Assembly (NCBI RefSeq): GCF_003428155.1
Contig: NZ_QLIR01000008.1
Location: 1-32,000, forward strand
Length of the DNA: 32,000 bases
DNA from: Fastidiosibacter lacustris
GTDB taxonomy: Bacteria; Pseudomonadota; Gammaproteobacteria; Francisellales; Francisellaceae
Direction of reading: 5' to 3'
Position 1 is the stretch's first letter; every line of letters begins with the position of its first letter. The translations under genes and the position numbers were made by a program. The notes under the pieces are model-generated. The model had not been told where the DNA came from, did not search any database, and saw nothing but the letters and a program-made list of their open reading frames with translations. Positions 1 to 8,015 of the stretch are shown in pieces.

Positions 1-248
1 GTAATTGGCTCTGTACGACTTTATATAATTGCTTAATCATGATAGGTTATCCTTTTTCTTTTCTTTTTAAGTCTGCATTAAGGATAGTCCATCACTAAAT
101 TTAAGAATTAAGACAATCTATAATTTAGCGGCAAGCTTTTTCGCTTTTTTTGTGAGAGTTTTGACATGGTGATCTATACCGACTTTAAAGAAGTAATTAA
201 TATAGCACCATCTCTTATTTATAAGGGAATTGTTTGAAACACCTATTG

Positions 249-573
249 CTAATTCTGAAAACTCAAGTGAAGTTTAATTGCATCTTCTATCGTAAGCAGA
301 TCATGTTGTGTTATAGATCCAATTTGACTCTTAAGTCTTGCTTTATCTGCTGCCATGAGCTGATCATCCATCGCTTTACTCTTGTTTCCATTCAAAGTCA
401 CGTAAGCTTCACCAGGGTAAAGTTTCTCTGTATTGCTTGTGAGCGGAATTAATACAACACGTGACAAGTGTTTATTCGCGAGGTCATTGCTTAAAATTAC
501 CGCTGATCTTGTTTTTTATTTCACTCCCTACAGCGGGATCAAATTCAACCCACCAAACTTCACCGCGTTTCAC
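249..573 (-). pseudogene. PemK/MazF-family type II toxin, frameshifted in a T6 run (sense A6) at 512-517
   Basis: The frame from GTG 573-571 reads VKRGEVWWVEFDPAVGSEIK and then runs to a stop at 484-486. A second frame, open from 515 down to the stop at 249-251, reads KTRSAVILSNDLANKHLSRVVLIPLTSN...AMDDQLMAADKARLKSQIGSI. Joined, they give a collinear MazF/PemK-like protein of about 108 aa. The second frame has a stop at 516-518, so the shift must lie inside the run. Confidence 0.75.
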
Positions 574-697
574 TCGCCATGTCTCCAGATATTCCATTAC
601 ACCATTGCATTGCTTCTTTTTCTCTCTCTTTATCTAAAGCCATAGCCTTATCCGTCTTCTAGTGTTTTATCAATTACATGGGGTCTTACTAGCTCTT

Positions 698-1013
698 CTA
701 TATAGCATTTACTGATAGCTTAAAACCTAGGGCTTTTAATATATTACCTAGTGTTAAAAATCTTGGATTTCCTTTGCTAGATAATACCCTATATAAGTGT
801 GCTCGATCTAATCCCGTTTTTTTGATAAATAACCTATTCCACCCTGTGCTTCGACAACATTTTAAGGGCAAGCATAAAAGCCTGACTATCACCATCATCT
901 TCGTATTCTTCAAGTGCTACTTCTAAATAAGCAGTGGCTTCATCTTTATCATGTAAGCTTTGGATTAGGTTTGCATGATAATCAGTTGTGTTTTGTGTAA
1001 TATAGTTATTCAC
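698..1013 (-). pseudogene. higA: HigA-type addiction-module antidote (HTH antitoxin), split over three reading frames
   Basis: Frame A starts at GTG 1013, preceded by AGGAG: VNNYITQNTTDYHANLIQSLHDKDEATAYLEVALEEYEDDGDSQAFMLALK. Frame B reads NVVEAQGGIGYLSKK. Frame C (ORF 698..913) reads KTGLDRAHLYRVLSSKGNPRFLTLGNILKALGFKLSV. Concatenated, they match the canonical antidote architecture. The junctions are at the T4 run 860-863 and, most parsimoniously, the T7 run 817-823. Confidence 0.7.
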
Positions 1014-1334
1014 AATGATCTCCTGATTTTAGTTCAAGCCAATATTTTTGAGCTAGATTAATATCATTAGACTGTGTTTTTTATCTCCGCCAAGCAATAA
1101 AATATAGGTGATATCAGCTTCTTTGGCATAGTAAACACGGTATCCAGAACCAAATGCTAGTCTCAGTTCAAATGCTCCGTTGCCAACATGCTTATGATCG
1201 CCTTCATTACCCAAATATAGACGATCAATTCGCCTACGTATTCTGGCTTTAATTATTTTATCTTTGATGCTATCTAGCCATGTTTTAAAAGGCTCTTTAC
1301 CATCTGGTGTTTTGTATATGCGTATCTGTCTCAT
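1006..1334 (-). pseudogene. higB: HigB/RelE-family addiction-module killer toxin, frameshifted in a T6 run at 1077-1082
   Basis: ORF 1053..1334 reads MRQIRIYKTPDGKEPFKTWL...GSGYRVYYAKEADITYILLLGGDKK and then turns into HSLMILI-stop. The adjacent frame continues TQSNDINLAQKYWLELKSGDHCE to a stop at 1006-1008, which is the expected C-terminus of this family. The toxin-first order with higA immediately downstream fits HigBA modules. Confidence 0.75.
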
Positions 1335-1433
1335 GGTTTGATTGTAGCTTACAAGCGACAGAATATAAAATAATAATTATTCCGATAAAAATTAAAATTA
1401 CTAAATATTGAAGCTATTTGCTCCATTTTTTCT

Positions 1434-1874
1434 TTAAAAGTTGTGAACTTGTATTTGATAGCCTTGTTGTTGTAATTGCTTATACTGCACTCTCGATGCC
1501 TTAAGGCGATAAGGCTCCTGATCGACTATTTTTATTAAACTTGAGAACTGACTATAGTTAACCTCTGTTTGCAAGGATAGGTCAATTAGAGTATCTTTTA
1601 TACACTTATCCAAAAAACCAGCATCACTTACCAAAAGTACTGGTAAGTTGATATATTCCAACTCACTATCTTTAGTCACATAAAAATGTGGAATAAAGCT
1701 ATCTTCCTGATCAAACCACAATAGCTTATCTAGCGCTTGACAAATACTAGGTTCAGCATAAATAACAATAGGTTTATTACCCTGATAATATGCTTTAACC
1801 TGATCAGCAACAAATTGAAGATAGCTCTTTGAATCTGCACTTTTTAAAATAAAGAATTCAATATTCACAACCAT
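1434..1874 (-). CDS. holC: DNA polymerase III chi subunit
   Basis: MVVNIEFFILKS...ALDKLLWFDQEDSFIPH...YRLKASRVQYKQLQQQGYQIQVH is collinear with E. coli HolC (FYLL, LDEALW..SFVPH, RERYKAY..G). I chose the internal ATG at 1874 rather than the alternative start at 1898. Confidence 0.85.
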   Translation of the reverse strand: MVVNIEFFILKSADSKSYLQFVADQVKAYYQGNKPIVIYAEPSICQALDKLLWFDQEDSFIPHFYVTKDSELEYINLPVLLVSDAGFLDKCIKDTLIDLSLQTEVNYSQFSSLIKIVDQEPYRLKASRVQYKQLQQQGYQIQVHNF

Positions 1875-2002
1875 AAGCTTTACTAAGCACGCGTACAATA
1901 CATCATAATAGCAGCAGGTTTTTATGGCAAACTCGTTTTTGCTATTTTAAATTTTTACAAATTATCCCGTGCGGTAATGGTTGTAGAAAAAAAATAATAA
2001 GT

Positions 2003-2911
2003 GTGTATAGTCTGTCAGAAATTTTTTTTAAAAGTTTAAGTGTAAATCAATTGAAAAACGAAGAAGCAGATGCAAATGACCCCACTCCAGTGGATTGGCA
2101 GAATGTCAAATTGCCAAATTCATGGGTAGATGAGCTTAATTTTAAGCATCCTTATACATGGTTTTTGCTCTTGAAAGCAACTTTTTCATCCAAGCGAAAT
2201 GCAATTAAAATTGTAGATGATTTACCTGGAAAATCATCTATTCCTAAATACGTATTACAAGAATTTCATAACCTTCCTGGCGGAAATTATTCAAACACTT
2301 TAACCAAAGGCTATATAAAAGGTTTTGATATTGTAATGTTAAATAGTATGCCACAAGCAAGACAATATATTGCTGAAAAATTAGGGTGCTGTTGGTCGGT
2401 ATTAGATATAGGTTGTGCTGGTGCTAAAACAGCCGCTGCCATAAAGGCGCAAGGCGTGACTGATGTCTGGGCAATCGATCCTAGTCCTTATTTGCTGCAA
2501 TGTGCAGCTAAGACTTATAAGGACATATACTTTGTTCAAGCAATCGCAGAAGCGCTTCCTTTTTGCACTCGACGCTTTGAAGGGTTAAGTGCATGTTACG
2601 TTTTACATGAAATCCCACCAAAATATATTGAAAAGTTGTTGCAAGAAGCCAATAGGGTATTGAAGAAGGGTGGGCTTTTCGTTATTGTTGAGCCATCGCC
2701 TGTCCAATATCATCAAAGTTATTGGTCTTTATTCAGAACACATGGCTTTAAAGGAATGTATTTTAGATTGTTATCACAAAAGTTCAACGAACCCTTTGTT
2801 AACGCATTTCATACGATGGATTTAGAAAAAATGTTTACAAAAGCAGGCTTCAAAATAATAGAAGATAAAAAAGCGGTGCCACATCGGTTTATAACTACAC
2901 AAAAAGTATGA
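2003..2911 (+). CDS. Class I SAM-dependent methyltransferase (Methyltransf_11-like)
   Basis: SAM-binding motif VLDIGCAGAK, a downstream acidic loop, and RVLKKGGLFVIVEP. The substrate is unknown. The GTG start at 2003 is uncertain. Confidence 0.75.
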   Translation: MYSLSEIFFKSLSVNQLKNEEADANDPTPVDWQNVKLPNSWVDELNFKHPYTWFLLLKATFSSKRNAIKIVDDLPGKSSIPKYVLQEFHNLPGGNYSNTLTKGYIKGFDIVMLNSMPQARQYIAEKLGCCWSVLDIGCAGAKTAAAIKAQGVTDVWAIDPSPYLLQCAAKTYKDIYFVQAIAEALPFCTRRFEGLSACYVLHEIPPKYIEKLLQEANRVLKKGGLFVIVEPSPVQYHQSYWSLFRTHGFKGMYFRLLSQKFNEPFVNAFHTMDLEKMFTKAGFKIIEDKKAVPHRFITTQKV

Positions 2912-2912
2912 T

Positions 2913-3554
2913 TTAAAACACCAACTGAATTGGAATATTTATATTAACATCATCCTTAAAACTTAGTTTTTTTGTATAGCTTTGTTGATGTAAAAAATAG
3001 AGAATATATTCCTTAAGCTGATTAGGGGGTGAGGGGCTAAACACAATCGACTTTATCGTACCTGATTTCTCTAGTGTGATGTAAATATCAAACTTGGTAC
3101 TGTAGTCTGGGTTATGCTGATTTAAAAGCTCAGTCAATGCACTTTGCAAGTGTGACAAGGCTTGTTGTACTTCTCTGGAAGTGCTATAGCTTGTTACTTG
3201 TTGAGTAAATTTAGGCGTATCGGTAAGGTCAATATTGTTTTTCTGTTGATTCCCTTTTGTTTCTAAAGGAGTGACAAACTTTGGTTTATTACTAGTTATC
3301 ACAAGGATGGGTGATTGCTCTACTGTTGAATGTCGTTTTATAAAGTTAAATTTATTTTGAGTAGAGTTTGGTGTGTTTTCAATATTGGTAATGTGTGGTT
3401 GGGTAAAATAAACAATATGTGCAGGTATACTTTGTAGGTGATTTGAAAATATAAGCTCTTTATGTATCGGGACAAATATATAGAAATTAATCAAAGTAAG
3501 TGTAGCAATAACGACAACGTGTATTAAAAACGAAAAAACTAATGCTTTTTTCAT
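2913..3554 (-). CDS. Divergent TonB-family energy transducer (putative)
   Basis: N-terminal membrane anchor KKALVFSFLIHVVVIATLTL. The C-terminal ~60 aa show a TonB_C-like beta-beta-alpha-beta pattern (DIYITLEKSGTIKSIVFSPS..QLKEYILYFL..NINIPIQLVF). It starts 6 nt after the stop of the upstream TonB-dependent receptor. The linker is N/Q/T-rich rather than Pro-rich. Confidence 0.45.
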   Translation of the reverse strand: MKKALVFSFLIHVVVIATLTLINFYIFVPIHKELIFSNHLQSIPAHIVYFTQPHITNIENTPNSTQNKFNFIKRHSTVEQSPILVITSNKPKFVTPLETKGNQQKNNIDLTDTPKFTQQVTSYSTSREVQQALSHLQSALTELLNQHNPDYSTKFDIYITLEKSGTIKSIVFSPSPPNQLKEYILYFLHQQSYTKKLSFKDDVNINIPIQLVF

Positions 3555-3560
3555 AAAAGG

Positions 3561-5528
3561 TTACGAAAAAGTGTACTGGATGTTAAGCATTGCTGTTATG
3601 CCATTTGCAGGATAATAGCTTAGACGCTTAAAATCAGCAGTGGCAACATAGCTGTAATAAAACTTATTAAATAAGTTATAAATACTTAAGTTAAATTGCC
3701 ATTGATTGATTTGATACTTAGCGCCAAGGTTGGTAAGAAAGTATCCACTTTGTTTGGCAAGCGTATTGGAATAATCACCATCAGCATATTGAGCACTGAA
3801 ATACTGCTGTTGCAACCATAACGTCAAATCAGGCATGAGATGCCAATTGCCGTGAATCTCAGCACTAAAAGGAGATTGACCTGGAACGGTATTATTACTG
3901 ATATCAGTTTTTATATTGTTAGCATGACTAAATGTACCAAATCTAAATGTATTTAAATTAAGCACAAAACTACCGCCGCTACTCAGCATTTGTGACCATC
4001 TATAGTCAAGCGAAAATAAATTACCAATCGTTTGAGTAGGTGGAAAATTAATATTGGCACCAAAAGATGAACTTGGATCATTGCCATTATAAGCAATTTG
4101 ATTGTTAATCAGCATCCAATAAGTACTATTCTTGAGTTCAAGTTTGTTGTTTTTATATTGATTATCTATTTGATAAATCCAAGCAGTTTGTGGATCCAAT
4201 CCAAAATTTGAAGTTAAACCAGGTGTAAGGTTAGACTGATCGATAAAAGGTAACTGATAAGCATAAGATATAGATGCACGCGTATTAAAGCTTGTTGCCC
4301 AGTTGTATTGCAAATACAACTCTCCCGCACCGATATTAATAATCTGTGAGCCGTGACTGGCAGATAAGATAAGGTCTCCTTGTGTATAGCTATGTTCATA
4401 ACGACCACCCACACCTGTTTGCCACTTTAGATTTAGTTTTAGATCTGCTTGGTTAAAAATAGCGACATTTGTTTGTCTAGAGTCTGAAATAGTCGAGCTT
4501 TGCTTAAACGTTTGATAGTTGAACTCAGAACCTGTAATATTTTTTAACCAATTGTTTTGATAAGTAATGCTAGGACGCAGATAAAAAAGACTACTGTTTT
4601 GTTTCGATGAACCATAGCCTGGATTGGCAAAAATCACATTTGCCCATTGTTGTTGATATTGTGATTGTAAGTTAAAGATGAATTCTTGATTAATTTTTTG
4701 AGTTAAGCCTAGCTGGCTATTAATAGTGTGATTGATATATTTTTGTCTGCCAGAAGAACTTGCTTGCCAAGGATCTTGATCGCTTTCTAATTGAGATAGA
4801 CCACCTGGGAAATGCAGATATTGATAACTATCACTAAAATTAAAGCGTAATTGTTGAGTGTTTGTTTGATGTAGTAATGTAAAATCAATATTATTGTTGT
4901 TATTGCGTGAATAATCGCGATAGTTATCCAAACTTTCTGTATTGGTGATCAATTGAAAAGCCCAGGTTTTTTGCTGATCTAATAGTTGATTTACAAAAAG
5001 ATTGACTCCACCTCCTAGTGGATAACTTGTACTCATGCCAATCAAATATTGATTGTAATCAATAAATTTTTGTTTGATCGCGATTGTACCACCTAATCCC
5101 ATTGAGCCATATAATACACTGCTTGCAGTTGGATTGATGTCGATGGTTTCTATGCTATTGGCTGGAACAAGCGAGGTATTTTGCGCTTGACTATTAAATT
5201 GATTCAATGACATCCCGTTTAACAACACCGTTGCACGTTGCCCTTTAAGATAATATGTAGGATTAGCGCCACTGCTTATTCTAGTTTCTACCCATGCGTT
5301 TTGTTTAAGCATATTGTCGATACTTTGATTGCCATAGCTTGGAAATAACTCAACGGCAATTGGATTGGTTGCTTTGAGATCACTCGTGTGTGCTTGAGTC
5401 CCTTGTTTGTTATAGTGAATAACGATAGTTGGTAGTGTATAGTGAGCACTTTCTTGTGAATTATCTGCACAAGCAAAATGTGTCATCGCGAAGCTCAAGC
5501 TGATTACGATGTAAATCTGTTTTTTCAT
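3561..5528 (-). CDS. TonB-dependent outer-membrane receptor, BtuB-like (preceded by a B12 riboswitch)
   Basis: Signal peptide MKKQIYIVISLSFAMTHFACA with SD AGAGGA upstream of ATG 5528. TonB-box-like TLPTIVI, a plug domain (VLYGSMGLGGTIAIKQK), a long beta-barrel, and the C-terminal NLFNKFYY...NIQYTFS. The track start at 5606 is probably a spurious 5' extension. Confidence 0.85.
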   Translation of the reverse strand: MKKQIYIVISLSFAMTHFACADNSQESAHYTLPTIVIHYNKQGTQAHTSDLKATNPIAVELFPSYGNQSIDNMLKQNAWVETRISSGANPTYYLKGQRATVLLNGMSLNQFNSQAQNTSLVPANSIETIDINPTASSVLYGSMGLGGTIAIKQKFIDYNQYLIGMSTSYPLGGGVNLFVNQLLDQQKTWAFQLITNTESLDNYRDYSRNNNNNIDFTLLHQTNTQQLRFNFSDSYQYLHFPGGLSQLESDQDPWQASSSGRQKYINHTINSQLGLTQKINQEFIFNLQSQYQQQWANVIFANPGYGSSKQNSSLFYLRPSITYQNNWLKNITGSEFNYQTFKQSSTISDSRQTNVAIFNQADLKLNLKWQTGVGGRYEHSYTQGDLILSASHGSQIINIGAGELYLQYNWATSFNTRASISYAYQLPFIDQSNLTPGLTSNFGLDPQTAWIYQIDNQYKNNKLELKNSTYWMLINNQIAYNGNDPSSSFGANINFPPTQTIGNLFSLDYRWSQMLSSGGSFVLNLNTFRFGTFSHANNIKTDISNNTVPGQSPFSAEIHGNWHLMPDLTLWLQQQYFSAQYADGDYSNTLAKQSGYFLTNLGAKYQINQWQFNLSIYNLFNKFYYSYVATADFKRLSYYPANGITAMLNIQYTFS

Positions 5529-5619
5529 TTTATCCTCTTTTTCGTTTATATCCCCGTAAACATTTAGACATAGGCAGATTTTCGGACTTAACCATAACTG
5601 TTTCACTCTTTAACTTATT

Positions 5620-5735
5620 AGTAAGTGATGCAAGATCTTCTAGTATCTTTTAAATACACTGGTTTACCGTTGCGGGTACAGTATTGGTCTTTCACCAATT
5701 TCCCTTTTAACGCACTGCGCACCTAAGTCAGTTGG
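5620..5735 (-). promoter_or_regulatory. Cobalamin (B12) riboswitch in the 5' leader of the TonB-dependent receptor
   Basis: The minus-strand RNA reads ...UAGGUGCGCAGUGCGUUAAAAGGGAAAUUGGUGAAAGACCAAUACUGUACCCGCAACGGUAAACC...ACUAGAAGAUCUUGCAUCAC. It is collinear with the E. coli btuB leader core UUAAUAGGGAAUCCAGUGCGAAUCUGGAGCUGACGCGCAGCGGUAAGG and with its B12 box GAAGACCUGCC. It lies about 90 nt upstream of ATG 5528. The boundaries are approximate. Confidence 0.8.
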
Positions 5736-5921
5736 TGATACTAGAGGGATTTATGGCAAATGGGAATATACCAATGCTAAAAATTAGCAAAACTTATCTG
5801 CAAGCCTTTTCAATCAGCTGAGTCATTACAAAACATCATCTAAACGTTGAATCTAAGACAAGAGCATTGAAATGTCACATAGGCTAAAATACGATGTTAA
5901 AAAACAAAAGGAAATAAAATT

Positions 5922-6920
5922 ATGATGATAAAAAAACTAATAATCTCTACCTTCACTATTACTACACTGTTATCTTCAGTCAGTTTTGCTTCTACCGAAA
6001 TTAAAAGTAACGCCAACGTTAACGATCCTCACTATGTAGGATATTTTTTCGATGACATTCTCTTTGAAGATATGTTTAATGAAAATATTGATGCTATCAT
6101 GGCATTCAAAAAAGATTTTTCTGAAAATTTAGATAAAGCAATAACAGGTGATCATTTTGCAAGACAATATATTGAACATCAACTGCAAGAAATACAAAAG
6201 TTAGCTAAGACTGATAAAGCCCTATCTCAATGGATTTCACAAACTTTATATAGCAAATATCCAATGGCATTTTGCAAATCACTTTCCTTAGCACGTTTCT
6301 CCTATTTAGACACACAGCTTCAAATGAACCTTTTGATTCAACCATCAGACGGGCTTGTAAGAAAGGCTTATAATGAATTGATTACGCAAATTTTTACGCG
6401 TGAGTTTCAAGATAGCTATAAAGCGATCCATTATCAAGGTGAAATATTACCACAAGAATTAATTCAACAAGCTATTAGCGCGCGCAGTGCTGTTAAATCT
6501 GCTATGCGTACTTTGACTTCCTATTTGGGAATGGTTGCAATCTACGCAACCAACTTATATAACTATCAGTCATTACATGGACCATATACAACATTTGAAT
6601 GGTCATGTGAGTCAGGATATTTATGTCAGATTGACAGTTTTAATGATAAAACATTAAGTGAAGATAAAGCCTATAGCGCCTTAAAAACAGATGGTGCGTA
6701 TTTAGGTTTAAAAGGCAATGAGATGGGAGAAAAGATCAAGTTTGCAAAGGCAATAAATGATATTTGTCAATCAGGTAAAAAAGTATATCCTGAAGGTTTA
6801 TCTGATAATTCATATCAATTATGCGAACATGAGTCATGTAAAATCGCTTACCAGATTGAAGAATACTCAAACGTTCCTTGTCAGCCTAAATTAAGAGAAT
6901 ATCAAAGATCTGATCTTTGA
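5922..6920 (+). CDS. Secreted hypothetical protein, helical N-part and Cys-rich C-part
   Basis: Sec signal peptide MMIKKLIISTFTITTLLSSVSFAS. There are 8 Cys in total, 7 of them in the last ~110 aa (WSCESGYLCQ, DICQSG, QLCEHESCK, VPCQP). I recognise no family. Confidence 0.6.
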   Translation: MMIKKLIISTFTITTLLSSVSFASTEIKSNANVNDPHYVGYFFDDILFEDMFNENIDAIMAFKKDFSENLDKAITGDHFARQYIEHQLQEIQKLAKTDKALSQWISQTLYSKYPMAFCKSLSLARFSYLDTQLQMNLLIQPSDGLVRKAYNELITQIFTREFQDSYKAIHYQGEILPQELIQQAISARSAVKSAMRTLTSYLGMVAIYATNLYNYQSLHGPYTTFEWSCESGYLCQIDSFNDKTLSEDKAYSALKTDGAYLGLKGNEMGEKIKFAKAINDICQSGKKVYPEGLSDNSYQLCEHESCKIAYQIEEYSNVPCQPKLREYQRSDL

Positions 6921-6921
6921 C

Positions 6922-7746
6922 TTACTGTCTTGCTAAACGCAATGTTTTCAATTTCTCAGCAAGAGTAAAGTTACTACGAAGCGGATTAATGTCCAATCCA
7001 CCTCGACGACTATAGCGTGCATAAACCATAAGCTTTTCAGGTTTACAGTTTTGCATAATGTCATTGTAAATTCGCTCTACACATTGCTCGTGAAACTCAT
7101 TATGGTTACGAAATGAGATTATGTATTTTAACAAGCCAACCTTATCAATTTTTGCTCCTTGATACTCAATTAACACACTACCCCAATCTGGTTGAAACGT
7201 TACAAGACAATTTGACTTTAATAAATCACTACTCAGACATTCGTGAACAATCACTTTTGGATTAACTGACAAAAAATTAGGATTAGTAATATATTCTGTA
7301 ATTTCAACATCTAGCTCATCCAATGATTCTGCCTCAAACATTGGAGTCACTTGGATAGGGTAGTCTGTCAAGCAATACAATGTCACTTTTACTGTACCAT
7401 TTGCAGCTTTTTCTAAATCCTCTTGCATTGTTTTGATTACAATTTCATCATCGGCAAAACGGCTATTGTTAAATGAATTTAAATACAATTTAAAGCTCTT
7501 TGACTCAATCAAACATTGCGATAAGGCATCAATTTCAAATATCGCAATACGGACTTGTGGTTTACCTTTAAGATTAAGCCATGAAACCTCAAACGCTGTC
7601 CAGATATCCACCCCACTAAAGGTTGGCTTAGCTGTTATCCCCAGCTCTTGACGCTTAATTGTACGAGGAATAGGAAAGAGTAAGGTTGGATCATATTCTG
7701 TTTTATATTCTGATTTTTTACCAAGTTCAGATAATACTAAATTCAT
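6922..7746 (-). CDS. queF: NADPH-dependent 7-cyano-7-deazaguanine (preQ0) reductase, two-domain type
   Basis: 274 aa, YqcD-like. [11 protein letters not shown]...[21 protein letters not shown]...RGGLDINP. Strong SD AAGAGGA. Confidence 0.9.
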   Translation of the reverse strand: MNLVLSELGKKSEYKTEYDPTLLFPIPRTIKRQELGITAKPTFSGVDIWTAFEVSWLNLKGKPQVRIAIFEIDALSQCLIESKSFKLYLNSFNNSRFADDEIVIKTMQEDLEKAANGTVKVTLYCLTDYPIQVTPMFEAESLDELDVEITEYITNPNFLSVNPKVIVHECLSSDLLKSNCLVTFQPDWGSVLIEYQGAKIDKVGLLKYIISFRNHNEFHEQCVERIYNDIMQNCKPEKLMVYARYSRRGGLDINPLRSNFTLAEKLKTLRLARQ

Positions 7747-8015
7747 TTCATCATCCTCTTACAACTAATCAGGTTTAAACACTCTACCATAACAAATAAT
7801 ATAATACTAAGCACACACTTAACCAACGTTCACCCTCTTTTTCCGAAACTTGTTGTCATCTTACTAAACACGTTAAAATTATATTCATCAATCTACATAT
7901 TCAAAGTAATAATGGCAAAAAAATTTAATGATTTTGATGCTTTAAATTGCAAACAATTGACTCAATTGCAATTTTGATACATATTTACACATAAAATAAA
8001 AACAATGGGGAACAC

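Noticed and set aside
1-40. Possible start of a minus-strand gene (ATG at 40-38, MIKQLYKVVQSQL...) running off the left edge
   Set aside because: Only 13 codons are visible. It has a plausible SD (AAAGGA) but cannot be supported from this window.
234-645. Plus-strand ORFs 234..452 and 433..645
   Set aside because: They lie antisense to the MazF-like reading frames, have low-complexity composition and resemble nothing recognisable. The minus-strand MazF homology explains the region.
4214-5476. ORFs 4214..4414 and 5288..5476 inside the TonB-dependent receptor, and the receptor's 26-codon 5' extension to 5606
   Set aside because: The first two are same-strand alternative frames within the receptor. 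The extension lacks a signal peptide and lies in the riboswitch-to-ATG leader. ATG 5528 has a proper SD and signal sequence.
5753-5821. 22-codon ORF (MANGNIPMLKISKTYLQAFSIS) with GAGGG 4 nt upstream, next to the riboswitch on the opposite strand
   Set aside because: It is too short, the SD spacing is suboptimal, and nothing indicates function. It is most likely chance.
7747-7870. Looked for a preQ1 riboswitch upstream of queF
   Set aside because: An AGAGGG stretch is present, but there is no complementary CCCUCU or A-rich tail to form the preQ1-I pseudoknot. Nothing is supported.
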